From Gammaproteobacteria bacterium (GTDB taxonomy: Bacteria > Pseudomonadota > Gammaproteobacteria > JAADHS01): DNA of 33,188 nt. The position numbers and the translations under genes are program-made. The notes beneath the pieces were generated by a model. That model searched no databases, was not told where the DNA came from, and worked only from the letters and a program-made list of their open reading frames with translations. Of this stretch, positions 25,367-33,188 are shown in pieces. The stretch is taken from assembly GCA_031428395.1 (NCBI GenBank), contig JANPPH010000181.1:1-33188 (forward strand), given 5' to 3'. Position 1 is the stretch's first letter. Each line of letters begins with the position of its first letter.

Positions 25367-26467
25367 ATGCCGTTGACACGTTTTGGCAAGTTTAGCCTTA
25401 CTTTCCACCTAATAGGAATCCTTTTCTTGGGTTTCTTTGCGCAAAGCGCTTTTGCGGCGCCAAGCGAGGTGAGTGGCGAAGATATTTATAAAAAGAATTG
25501 CGCAGTTTGTCACGGTGAGCAGGGCGACGGCATGAGTCGCGCACGACACGGTTTAAATCCGCCGCCCCGCGATTTCACTTCCCCCGTCGCCCGCGCCGAA
25601 CTCACGCGTGAACGCATGCGTACATCGGTGACACATGGCCGCCCTGGCACTGCCATGATGCCGTTCTCGGCAAAGATATCAGAAGCTGAAATCACTGCCG
25701 TAGTCGACTATATTCGCTCAAGCTTTATGCACGGCCCTGCGATTAAGGCTGATGCCACCATGATTAGTTTGGATCGAGGTAAACGTATTTTCATCAGTAA
25801 CTGCGCGGTATGTCATGGCGACAATGGCAGCGGTGCAATGTGGACCCAGGCGAGTCTGAACCCGGCGCCGCGCAATTTCACCACTCAAATTGCGCGCGAA
25901 GAATTGAGTCGTGAGCGCATGATTACCTCCATTACTAACGGCCGCCCCGGTACTGCCATGATGTCGTTTAACAGCCGCTTGTCTGCGCCTGATATAGAAG
26001 ACGTGGTGGATTACATTCGCGCGACCTTTATGACCGCAAAAACGACGGAAGATAGCCCACAAGCTGCTAACGCGCCCAATCCGCATGCTGCGGCCGCGTC
26101 GCCTCATGCGCCTGCTCAGATCCCGGATGCCGACATGTTCTTAGCATTTCCGGCAGGGTTGCAAGGCAACGCGGAGTTAGGCCGCGCTTTTTATCTTAAA
26201 AATTGCTTCACCTGCCACGGTGAGCAAGGCGATGGTAATGGCCCAAGATCGTCTTTTATATCGCCCCGGCCGCGTAATTTTCTCGATCCGGAATCGCGAC
26301 GTACGCTTAATCGGCCGGCTTTGTTGAAGGCGGTGGCAGGCGGTAAGCCGGGCACGCCTATGCCAGCATGGAATAAAGTGCTTAATGAGCAAGAGATCGC
26401 CAATGTCGCCGAGTTCGTATTTAAAGAATTCATTCAGGCGTCGCAGAAAAAAAAAGCGTCCCATTAA
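25367..26467 (+). CDS. Triheme c-type cytochrome (three tandem class I / cbb3-CcoP-type domains)
   Basis: Signal peptide FLGFFAQSAFA and three CxxCH motifs: CAVCHGEQGDG, CAVCHGDNGSG, CFTCHGEQGDG. Each is followed by PRDFT/PRNF and a G(R/K)PGT.M Met-ligand motif. The ORF ends just after an A9 run. Confidence 0.85.
   Translation: MPLTRFGKFSLTFHLIGILFLGFFAQSAFAAPSEVSGEDIYKKNCAVCHGEQGDGMSRARHGLNPPPRDFTSPVARAELTRERMRTSVTHGRPGTAMMPFSAKISEAEITAVVDYIRSSFMHGPAIKADATMISLDRGKRIFISNCAVCHGDNGSGAMWTQASLNPAPRNFTTQIAREELSRERMITSITNGRPGTAMMSFNSRLSAPDIEDVVDYIRATFMTAKTTEDSPQAANAPNPHAAAASPHAPAQIPDADMFLAFPAGLQGNAELGRAFYLKNCFTCHGEQGDGNGPRSSFISPRPRNFLDPESRRTLNRPALLKAVAGGKPGTPMPAWNKVLNEQEIANVAEFVFKEFIQASQKKKASH
26447..26455 (+). 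other. A9 homopolymer at the junction of the two triheme cytochrome ORFs
   Basis: cag aaa aaa aaa gcg, read directly from the sequence. The downstream ORF frame is already open from 26425, and a -1 shift inside the run joins the two ORFs. Confidence 0.7.
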
Positions 26468-26493
26468 CGGCGATCGTTCCCTCCACAACCGTA

Positions 26494-27426
26494 GTGGCGG
26501 CAGGGCGCAATCCCAGCAATCGCTATGAATTGGGTCGTGATATCTACAACTATCGCTGTTACTTCTGCCATGGTTACGGCGGCGACGCAAAAACGCTCGC
26601 CAGCACCTACCTTTCACCACAACCTCGCGACTTCACTGCCGCCGATTCAAAGCGCCTCACGCGTGCTCACATGGTGAAGGCGGTCGCCGAGGGTCGGTCG
26701 GGCAGTGCAATGATGGGTTTTAACGCGGTACTCAAAGAAGATGAAATCGGAGCAGTGGTAGATTTTATTCGCCAAGAGTTCATGCAGGGTAAGCCCCTAA
26801 ATACCCGGTACCACACGCCTGAAAATGGCTGGCCCAATCACGAACGTTATGCCGCAGCATTCCCCTTCGCACAAGGTAATATTGCTTTAGATATGCCCGA
26901 TGATAAACTGACTACCGCGCAAAAGCAGGGTAAACGCTTATTCCTCGCGTCGTGCATTACGTGTCACGATCACGGGCGTGTTAATAAAGGCGGGCCGATT
27001 TGGGATCAACAGTCCATCTCCTACCCCCGTGGTGGTTATTCTCACAAGCAGCAGCCCACTGTTGACGCTATTTCCAGTGCCAGCCCATTTGCGAAGCATG
27101 ATCAAAAACCCACAGTTAAAGGGTTAACCCAGCAAGAGCAGTTGGGCGAGCGATTATTTCAGAGTAATTGCGCCTTTTGTCACGCTGCGGATGGTACAGG
27201 CCACAATTGGATTGGGAGTTTTTTGCAACCTCATCCTCGCGATTTGGTCAATTCAGAAGCGATGCAAAAGATGACGCGCTCGCGCTTGAAGCAAGTTATT
27301 TTGGATGGTCTGCCAGGCACTACTATGCCTGCGTGGAAGAGCGTTTTAACAATCGCGCAAATCGAGGCGATTATCGCCTATATAGATCGGGCATTTCGGC
27401 CGCTTGACGACGATTCTAAGCGTTAG
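26494..27426 (+). CDS. Triheme c-type cytochrome ORF lacking a signal peptide (possibly the C-terminal half of a frameshifted hexaheme protein)
   Basis: Three CxxCH motifs: CYFCHG, CITCHD, CAFCHAADGTG. The GTG start leaves only 22 non-hydrophobic residues before the first heme motif. Confidence 0.7.
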   Translation: MAAGRNPSNRYELGRDIYNYRCYFCHGYGGDAKTLASTYLSPQPRDFTAADSKRLTRAHMVKAVAEGRSGSAMMGFNAVLKEDEIGAVVDFIRQEFMQGKPLNTRYHTPENGWPNHERYAAAFPFAQGNIALDMPDDKLTTAQKQGKRLFLASCITCHDHGRVNKGGPIWDQQSISYPRGGYSHKQQPTVDAISSASPFAKHDQKPTVKGLTQQEQLGERLFQSNCAFCHAADGTGHNWIGSFLQPHPRDLVNSEAMQKMTRSRLKQVILDGLPGTTMPAWKSVLTIAQIEAIIAYIDRAFRPLDDDSKR

Positions 27427-27461
27427 GTTTGCGATAAACGTTGATGTAGAGTGGAAAAAGC

Positions 27462-28493
27462 ATGATTAAAGTCGGAATTGTGGGTGGAACTGGCTATACA
27501 GGTGTCGAATTACTGCGCCTATTAGCGACTCATCCTGGTGTGGAGCTCCAGGCCATCACATCGAGAAGCGATGCCGGTGTTGCAGTGGCCGATATGTTTC
27601 CCAATTTGCGCCACTACGTGGACCTTGCCTTTAGCGAACCGAAATTGGAGCTACTTGAGGCTTGCGATGTGGTGTTTTTCGCCACACCTAATGGTGTCGC
27701 CATGGAAACAGTGCCCGCCTTATTGGATCGCGGCGTTCGCGTCATAGATTTGGCCGCCGATTTTCGCTTAATCGACCCTCGGGTTTGGGAAAAGTGGTAC
27801 GGTGTACCCCATGCGTGTCCGCAACTTTTGGACCAAGCGGTGTACGGCTTACCTGAAGTGAACCGCGACAAAATCAAGACCGCCCGCTTAGTGGCTAACC
27901 CTGGCTGTTACCCCACCTCTGTTCAACTGGGGCTTTTGCCTTTGTTAGAGCAAGGGCTCATCGACACGCAAGGTATAATAGCCGACGCTAAATCGGGCGT
28001 GAGTGGTGCGGGTCGCAAAGCGCATATCGCCATGTTGCTGGCTGAAACGGGCGATAACTTTAAAGCCTATGGTGTCCAAGGTCATCGTCACTTGCCGGAA
28101 ATCGAGCAGGGTCTTAGTCATATTGCGAAAACCGATGTGAAGCTTACATTCGTGCCCCATCTAACGCCCATGATTCGCGGCATACACGCAACACTATATG
28201 GCACGCTAAATACATCAGGCATTGATTTGCAACAGCTTTATGAAGAACGTTACGCCAATGAACCCTTTGTCGATGTGTTACCTAAAGGTGCGCATCCTGA
28301 AACCCGCAGTACACGTGGCTCGAACGTGTGCCGCTTAGCCGTGCATCAGCCCCAACAACGCAGCACCGTGGTAGTGTTGTCGGTAATAGATAATCTTGTT
28401 AAAGGTGCTGCTGGGCAAGCGGTGCAGAATATGAATATCATGTTCGGGCTTGATGAAGTAACGGGCTTGGGCGCCATTGCCCTCGTTCCCTAA
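27462..28493 (+). CDS. argC: N-acetyl-gamma-glutamyl-phosphate reductase
   Basis: [21 protein letters not shown] forms the NAD(P)-binding N-terminus. The catalytic motif NPGCYPTS is present. Length is 343 aa. Confidence 0.92.
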   Translation: MIKVGIVGGTGYTGVELLRLLATHPGVELQAITSRSDAGVAVADMFPNLRHYVDLAFSEPKLELLEACDVVFFATPNGVAMETVPALLDRGVRVIDLAADFRLIDPRVWEKWYGVPHACPQLLDQAVYGLPEVNRDKIKTARLVANPGCYPTSVQLGLLPLLEQGLIDTQGIIADAKSGVSGAGRKAHIAMLLAETGDNFKAYGVQGHRHLPEIEQGLSHIAKTDVKLTFVPHLTPMIRGIHATLYGTLNTSGIDLQQLYEERYANEPFVDVLPKGAHPETRSTRGSNVCRLAVHQPQQRSTVVVLSVIDNLVKGAAGQAVQNMNIMFGLDEVTGLGAIALVP

Positions 28494-28548
28494 CACTAAT
28501 CTCTCTACAAAAATTGTGTTTTAGTCTTCCTAGGTCGATACAACTATA

Positions 28549-29271
28549 ATGTCTTACGAACCGTTGGTGATTCACCCACCCCGCCCCTGGCTAAAAATTA
28601 CCTTAGCCGTCATTTATGTTATTACATTGATTGTAGCGAGCTGGCTCTCTTTTAACTACGGTCGATCAAGAGCGGGTTTCGATAGCGTTAGTGCCGAGGA
28701 CCAAATCGCCAAGCTAAATCAGCGCCAGCAACAGCTGGAACGCTGGAATACTGAGCTTCGCGAGCGTGCAACCATCGTCGAAGGCGGTCGTGAAATTGAT
28801 CGTCAGGCGTATAAACAGGTAGAAACTTCGCTTAAAGACTTGCAAGCTGAAATTTTGGATTTGCGTAAAGAAAACGCCTTTTATCGGAGTATCGTATCGC
28901 CGACTAAGGCTGGTGCGGGCCAGGGCTTAAAGGTGCAAAGCGTTAAATTCGACTCCAAGGGTCCTGCTGGAGAATATCGCTATAAGTTGGTTCTGGCCCA
29001 AACTTCGCAAACGTCAAAACCGTTGCGCGGTCAGATCCTGCTCGTTATTCAGGGCACGCAAAATGGTGCGGCGAAACGCCTCAATATGGCGGAACTTACT
29101 AAAGCTAAGACTGGCTTGCGGTACAACTTTAAAAACTTTCAAAGTCTTGAGGGCGACATAAAGCTGCCAAAAGACTTTGCACCGGCCAAGTTGTTAGTTC
29201 GGGTGATTTCGGACGGCAAAACGCCGGCCCAGTTTGATAGAACTTTTGATTGGCCCGAAGTGTCAACGTGA
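28549..29271 (+). CDS. Membrane-anchored coiled-coil protein of unknown function (possibly DUF6776-like; family name uncertain)
   Basis: 240 aa with one N-terminal TM (ITLAVIYVITLIVASWL) and a coiled-coil stretch (QQQLERWNTELRER...LKDLQAEILDLRKEN). It sits between argC and the bactofilin gene. Confidence 0.6.
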   Translation: MSYEPLVIHPPRPWLKITLAVIYVITLIVASWLSFNYGRSRAGFDSVSAEDQIAKLNQRQQQLERWNTELRERATIVEGGREIDRQAYKQVETSLKDLQAEILDLRKENAFYRSIVSPTKAGAGQGLKVQSVKFDSKGPAGEYRYKLVLAQTSQTSKPLRGQILLVIQGTQNGAAKRLNMAELTKAKTGLRYNFKNFQSLEGDIKLPKDFAPAKLLVRVISDGKTPAQFDRTFDWPEVST

Positions 29272-29352
29272 CTCTGAATTGATCAGTGAGTGCCGTCTTC
29301 GGACGCTTGATATACGATGTTGAGCCGAAAGGAATAGGGATCGGAGGCGGTT

Positions 29353-29721
29353 ATGTGGGACAGTAAGCGTAAAGCTAAAACCAATATTACTACGTTAATC
29401 GGACCCGGAACGCAGGTCATCGGTGAACTAAATTTTACCGGCGGTTTACACGTCAATGGCAGCGTGAAGGGCAACGTCTTAGGTAATGAAAGTGACCCTA
29501 CGGCAGTCTTGGTGGTCGGTGAGAATGCCGCGATTGATGGCGAAGTTCGGGCGCCACAAATTATATTAGGTGGGACGGTCGCGGGGGATGTCCACGGCGA
29601 GTATGTGGAATTGGGCGAGCACGCCAAGGTCAGGGGAAATATCTACTATCATCGGCTAGAAATGGCTATAGGCGCCGAGGTCAACGGTCAGCTTATCCAC
29701 CTTGAGCCAAAAACTGCTTAA
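29353..29721 (+). CDS. Bactofilin-family polymer-forming protein
   Basis: 122 aa of beta-helix repeats: GTQVIGELNFTGGLHVNGSVKGNV...IDGEVRAPQIILGGTVAGDVHGEYVELGEHAKVRGNIYY. Confidence 0.8.
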   Translation: MWDSKRKAKTNITTLIGPGTQVIGELNFTGGLHVNGSVKGNVLGNESDPTAVLVVGENAAIDGEVRAPQIILGGTVAGDVHGEYVELGEHAKVRGNIYYHRLEMAIGAEVNGQLIHLEPKTA

Positions 29722-29805
29722 AGAGTTCTCGATCTGAATACTTGACTAATTTAGTAAAGAAATTCTATAGTGTGTCAAACGTCGCATAATTTTGTGGAGA
29801 ATCCT

Positions 29806-30171
29806 ATGAGTTCACCTGCCTCTATAATGTCATCTGAAATGCCTAGTTTTTTGGTTTTTACCGATAGTGCAGCAGCGAAGGTGCGCGATCTTATTGTGGA
29901 AGAAAGCAACGATCAGCTTAAACTGCGCGTATTCATCAACGGTGGCGGATGTTCCGGATTTCAGTACGGTTTTAGCTTTGATGAGCAGATAAACGAGGGC
30001 GACACCATTGTCGAAAAAGGTGGCGTTACTTTGTTAGTTGACCCAATGAGCTATCAATATTTGGTCGGTGCGGAGATCGACTACACAGAAGGGCTGGAAG
30101 GGGCGAATTTTGTTATCCGCAACCCTAATGCCAGCAGCACGTGTGGTTGTGGTTCATCGTTTTCGGTATAA
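29806..30171 (+). CDS. erpA: Iron-sulfur cluster insertion protein ErpA (A-type carrier)
   Basis: Contains [11 protein letters not shown] and the C-terminal CGCGSSFSV cysteine motif. The internal ATG (MSSPASIM...) is preferred over the track GTG at 29770. My base count in this area disagrees with the track by 1 nt, so I follow the track frame. Confidence 0.85.
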   Translation: MSSPASIMSSEMPSFLVFTDSAAAKVRDLIVEESNDQLKLRVFINGGGCSGFQYGFSFDEQINEGDTIVEKGGVTLLVDPMSYQYLVGAEIDYTEGLEGANFVIRNPNASSTCGCGSSFSV

Positions 30172-30176
30172 ATTCA

Positions 30177-30204
30177 ATCGCCAGGGCAGCCCCGTCCTGG
30201 CGAT
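30177..30204. terminator. Hairpin between the convergent erpA and anmK genes
   Basis: 9 bp perfect arms atcgccagg / cctggcgat with a 10 nt loop. It abuts the anmK stop codon. No U-tract is present. Confidence 0.4.
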
Positions 30205-31316
30205 CAGTGCTTGTAAATCCCACCTAATATTACAGGATGCGTAGCGCCTGTCACCGCTGGTAAATTCCCGCATTGCCCCATTAATGTCTGTTTTGCAAGC
30301 CACGCAAAAGCAATAGCCTCAACGTGTTTCGGGTCTATACCACACGCGCTGGTCGTCAGTATTTTTTGTTGGGGCAAATGGTGGCTTATACGCCGCACCA
30401 GAAAATTGTTGTAAGCGCCGCCGCCGCAAATCAAAATCTCTTGTGCGGCAGTAGCGTAATGTAAAATCGCCTGAGAAATGCTTATGGCCGTTAGCTCGCA
30501 AAGCGTTGCCTGCACGTCTTCGGGGTTGGCGGGCGAGGCAAATGATTCCAACGCTGTCTGTATCCACGCCAAATTGAATAACTCACGGCCAGTACTCTTT
30601 GGCGGTTGGCGTTGAAAGTAGGGGTCTTGAAGGCACAGATCAAGCAGCAGCGGTAAAATTTGGCCCCGTGCCGCCCAGGTACCCCTATCATCCATAGGCA
30701 AAGATAGATGCTTCGAGATCCATGCATCCATCAAAATATTGCCGGGGCCCGTATCGAAACCCGTTACCGGTGCATCCGCATTTTTTGGCAAAACCGTGAT
30801 ATTGGCGATTCCTCCGATGTTCAATACAACCCTGTTTGCTAATGTCGACCGGAATGCTGCCTGATGAAAGGCGGGTACCAAAGGCGCTCCTTGGCCGCCA
30901 GCGGCCATATCGCGCCGGCGAAAATCAGCAATGGTTGTTATCCCCGTTAATTCCGCAATGATGTTCGGATCGCCAATCTGCAGGCTGGAGCGATGAGGTT
31001 CTTGGGGGTAATGGAAAATGGTTTGTCCGTGGCTGCCAATTGCTTTAATAAGTGATGCCTTAACACCCGCTTTTTCGCAAGTGGCGGTAGTCGCTTGAGC
31101 AAATAATTGACCCATACTATGATCCGCAATGGCCAAATCACTAAGGCGAATAGCGCAATCTTGGGATAAACTTAGTAGTAGAGAGCGGAGCTTGTGCGGG
31201 ATCGCCACGCTGTGACTGGCGACAACTTTCAGGGGATGGGGCGCTAGATCAACCAGTACCGCATCTACCCCGTCCATGCTAGTGCCAGACATTAAACCGA
31301 CATAAAATTCAGTCAT
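30204..31316 (-). CDS. anmK: Anhydro-N-acetylmuramic acid kinase
   Basis: The N-terminus YVGLMSGTSMDGVDAVLVDL is diagnostic. Length is 370 aa. Confidence 0.9.
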   Translation of the reverse strand: MTEFYVGLMSGTSMDGVDAVLVDLAPHPLKVVASHSVAIPHKLRSLLLSLSQDCAIRLSDLAIADHSMGQLFAQATTATCEKAGVKASLIKAIGSHGQTIFHYPQEPHRSSLQIGDPNIIAELTGITTIADFRRRDMAAGGQGAPLVPAFHQAAFRSTLANRVVLNIGGIANITVLPKNADAPVTGFDTGPGNILMDAWISKHLSLPMDDRGTWAARGQILPLLLDLCLQDPYFQRQPPKSTGRELFNLAWIQTALESFASPANPEDVQATLCELTAISISQAILHYATAAQEILICGGGAYNNFLVRRISHHLPQQKILTTSACGIDPKHVEAIAFAWLAKQTLMGQCGNLPAVTGATHPVILGGIYKH

Positions 31317-31327
31317 GATCGAGCCAG

Positions 31328-32695
31328 CTACTCACTAGCTAGCGCGATGGCGGTATTTTTAAATAACTCCAGGCGTGCTCTCAGAGTGCTTGCTTGGTCC
31401 AAAAAATGTTTGCGTTTTGCGTTTGGTATTGGCTCGCCAGAAAATGGCGGCGCTGTTAACGGATTGCGTTGTATGCCATTAACTTGAAACTCATAATGCA
31501 GATGGGGGCCAGTCGCCAGGCCAGTTTGCCCAACATAGCCAATCACTTGACCCTGCTTAACCTTGCTGCCTAAATTAACATTGCGCGCATAGCGCGCTAA
31601 ATGGGCATAAAGAGTGCGATTTTTGCTGTCATGCTGGATCATAACGGTATTGCCATAGCCACCTTTGCCCGCTTTGTAGATGATCTTGCCGTTGCCCGCA
31701 GCCATCACCGGCGTACCACTGGGCGCTGCGTAATCTACGCCTTTGTGGGCGCGGATTAAGTTCAAAACCGGGTGCCGACGCTTTAAGTTGAATCCCGAGC
31801 TAATGCGCGAAAATTCAACGGGCGTGCGAATAAACGCCTTGCGCATACTCATTCCTTGAGGAGTGTAATAATCTGCTGCACCGTCAGTGTCGACATAGCG
31901 AATTGCGGTGTACGTTTTGCCTTGATTAGTAAATTGCGCGGCGACTATGGCACCGTCCCGCACTTTTTCGCCGTCGCGATAAAATTCTTCATAGGCGACA
32001 GAAAACGCATCCCCGTTGCGGATGTCGAGCGCGAAATCAATATCCCAGCCGAAGATCGTGGCTAATTGCATCGTTAAGCGGTCAGACAATTTTGCTTTTT
32101 GAGCGGATAGAAAAAGAGAGCTGTCGATAAGTCCAGAGGCATACGCCAAGCGTTGTTCGAGCGGATTGGCGATAACGGCGGCATTAAACCCTTTTGGGTT
32201 GCGCTCTACTTCAAGAATGCGTCCTTCGTTCAAATCGTAATGCAGTGTCTGCAATTGTCCTTGATCGTCGGCGCGAATTTTCAGGGTTTTCCCCGGCAGC
32301 AATCGCTTTAGCGCTCGGACTTCACCGCGCAAGGTTAAAATAGACTGCATTTCTTTCACGTCGAGATCGTGCTCTGAGAATATCGTGCTTAGGGTGTCGC
32401 CACGTCTAATCTCAATCTCTTGCCACTCTTTTGTGTCTACAATTTCATCCCTACCGCTCGGAGCGGACGCTTGATCTATATCTAAAAGCTTCGGCAGGGA
32501 AAGCGTTTGCTGCAACATCGGCGTTTCGGAACGCACAGCTCGCGCTTTTTCCATGGCGAAAGTTAATAGCAAAACCAGTAGCACGCAGCCAGTTAAGATA
32601 CCCAGCCACGGACGCGGCATTACGCGCGAGGTAGTCGCCGATCGATACCCTGATTTAGTACTGTAATCGTTTTTGATGGGTGATTGATAATCCAC
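31328..32695 (-). CDS. M23-family murein DD-endopeptidase with an OapA/LysM-like N-terminal domain (MepM/YebA-like)
   Basis: Has an N-terminal TM and an OapA-like segment (IEIRRGDTLSTIFSEHDL). M23 motifs are HKGVDYAAPSGTPVMAAGNG and GPHLHYEFQVNG. Confidence 0.85.
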   Translation of the reverse strand: MDYQSPIKNDYSTKSGYRSATTSRVMPRPWLGILTGCVLLVLLLTFAMEKARAVRSETPMLQQTLSLPKLLDIDQASAPSGRDEIVDTKEWQEIEIRRGDTLSTIFSEHDLDVKEMQSILTLRGEVRALKRLLPGKTLKIRADDQGQLQTLHYDLNEGRILEVERNPKGFNAAVIANPLEQRLAYASGLIDSSLFLSAQKAKLSDRLTMQLATIFGWDIDFALDIRNGDAFSVAYEEFYRDGEKVRDGAIVAAQFTNQGKTYTAIRYVDTDGAADYYTPQGMSMRKAFIRTPVEFSRISSGFNLKRRHPVLNLIRAHKGVDYAAPSGTPVMAAGNGKIIYKAGKGGYGNTVMIQHDSKNRTLYAHLARYARNVNLGSKVKQGQVIGYVGQTGLATGPHLHYEFQVNGIQRNPLTAPPFSGEPIPNAKRKHFLDQASTLRARLELFKNTAIALASE

Positions 32696-32753
32696 TCACT
32701 ATCCCTTTTGGTTAAGTCCCGACATTATATTTGGGTTGGCGGGCTACTGCTAG

Positions 32754-33164
32754 TTATCGTGCCGTGACTCGGTTGCGTCCTTGTTTTTTTGACTCGTAGA
32801 GGCAAGTGTCAGCTTCTTGCATCAATTCTTCATGGGTGAGGATGTCGTCGCGCATTTGCGTGACGCCAAGACTAATCGTCACATGAATAGTAGCACCATT
32901 ACAGACAATCTCCTCCGCTTCGACATTGACACGAAGCCGTTCCGCTAATCTCACCGCGCCTTCCAAATTGGTCTGAGGCAAAATAAGCACAAATTCTTCG
33001 CCGCCATAGCGGCCCGCCGTATCCGCTTCTCTTACGCCGCAAGTTAAGATGTCAGCGGTACGCCGCAAGACTTCATCGCCTGCCAAATGGCCATACTGGT
33101 CGTGTATTATTTTTAATTGATCAAGGTCGAGCCTGACAAAAGAAAGCGCGGAGCCATAGCGTTT
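32754..33164 (-). pseudogene. N-terminally truncated GGDEF-domain remnant
   Basis: The open frame reads KRYGSALSFVRLDLDQLKIIHDQYGHLAGDEVL...RYGGEEFVLIL...GRNRVTAR. Two in-frame stops lie directly upstream (..LNN*FYR*K..). No ATG or GTG start precedes the TTG used by the track, and the first 25-30 residues of a normal GGDEF domain are absent. Confidence 0.5.
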
Positions 33165-33188
33165 TTATCGATAGAATTAATTGTTTAA

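Noticed and set aside
17669-27426. Porin-cytochrome (Mtr/Pcc-type) extracellular electron conduit, or a Cyc2-type iron oxidase
   Set aside because: No outer-membrane beta-barrel porin ORF, no decaheme MtrA-like protein and no fused cytochrome-porin is present in the window. Only soluble or lipid-anchored cytochromes are seen.
2159-27877. Many track ORFs lying antisense to or nested inside the called genes, for example 2159-2431, 2730-2945, 5137-5328, 8433-8789, 9226-9600, 10273-10635, 10493-10894, 11447-11773, 16405-16731, 18260-18484, 24641-25018, 25718-26107, 26177-26620 and 27614-27877
   Set aside because: Each overlaps a longer ORF that has clear family motifs. Their translations are low-complexity or Arg/Ser/Pro-rich, typical of off-frame reading, and none has a recognisable domain, signal or Shine-Dalgarno.
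29770-29805. GTG start at 29770 for erpA ([12 protein letters not shown] extension)
   Set aside because: ErpA homologues start close to the conserved beta-strand region. The internal ATG gives a normal-length protein, and the extension has no conserved features. My manual base count here also differs from the track by 1 nt, so fine-scale claims in this region are avoided.
1-33188. CRISPR arrays, tRNA/rRNA genes, prophage or integrative-element genes
   Set aside because: Reading both strands by eye, I found no direct-repeat/spacer periodicity, no cloverleaf-like or rRNA-like segments in the intergenic regions, and no integrase, transposase or phage structural ORFs. A tRNAscan or Infernal run would be needed to exclude small RNAs formally.

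Overview
This is a 33.2 kb chromosomal segment. It looks proteobacterial, probably gammaproteobacterial, because the argC / membrane protein / bactofilin / erpA / anmK / M23-peptidase order matches what I recall around Pseudomonas argC-erpA-anmK. That placement is from memory, not from a search.

Gene content from left to right:
- A GFA-family zinc protein, then a 558 bp ORF-free gap.
- A minus-strand block: a DUF4382 lipoprotein plus a six-gene MoxR / DUF58 / DUF4381 / VWA / VWA-TPR / BatD ('Bat aerotolerance'-type) operon.
- A divergently transcribed, membrane-anchored FGE-sulfatase-domain protein.
- A complete, translationally coupled System I cytochrome c maturation operon, ccmABCDEFGHI. 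ccmD (49 aa) is missing from the ORF track.
- An extra TlpA-like thioredoxin lipoprotein.
- A heme-rich accessory-looking stretch, about 17.0-27.4 kb.
- Housekeeping genes (argC, bactofilin, erpA, anmK, M23 peptidase).
- An N-terminally truncated GGDEF remnant at the window edge.

The heme-rich stretch holds:
- A monoheme cytochrome c translationally coupled to two tandem standalone 'two-component regulator propeller' (Reg_prop-like) beta-propeller proteins.
- A GGDEF-EAL protein with a CxxCH motif in its periplasmic sensor domain.
- An NHL-propeller lipoprotein with a pentaheme cytochrome.
- Two adjacent triheme cytochrome ORFs separated by an A9 run. The second ORF has no signal peptide, so this may be one frameshifted hexaheme gene.

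A palindromic repeat family with 20 bp terminal inverted repeats occurs twice, in opposite orientation, bracketing the ccm-to-propeller block.

I found no rRNA, tRNA, CRISPR array, transposase or integrase, and no recognisable defence system. The cytochrome c / double-propeller operon and its heme-sensor and multiheme neighbours are the best candidate for an undescribed periplasmic redox module. That is inference from motifs only.

All family names come from motif recognition without HMM or BLAST. Hand-located motif coordinates may be off by 1-2 nt.
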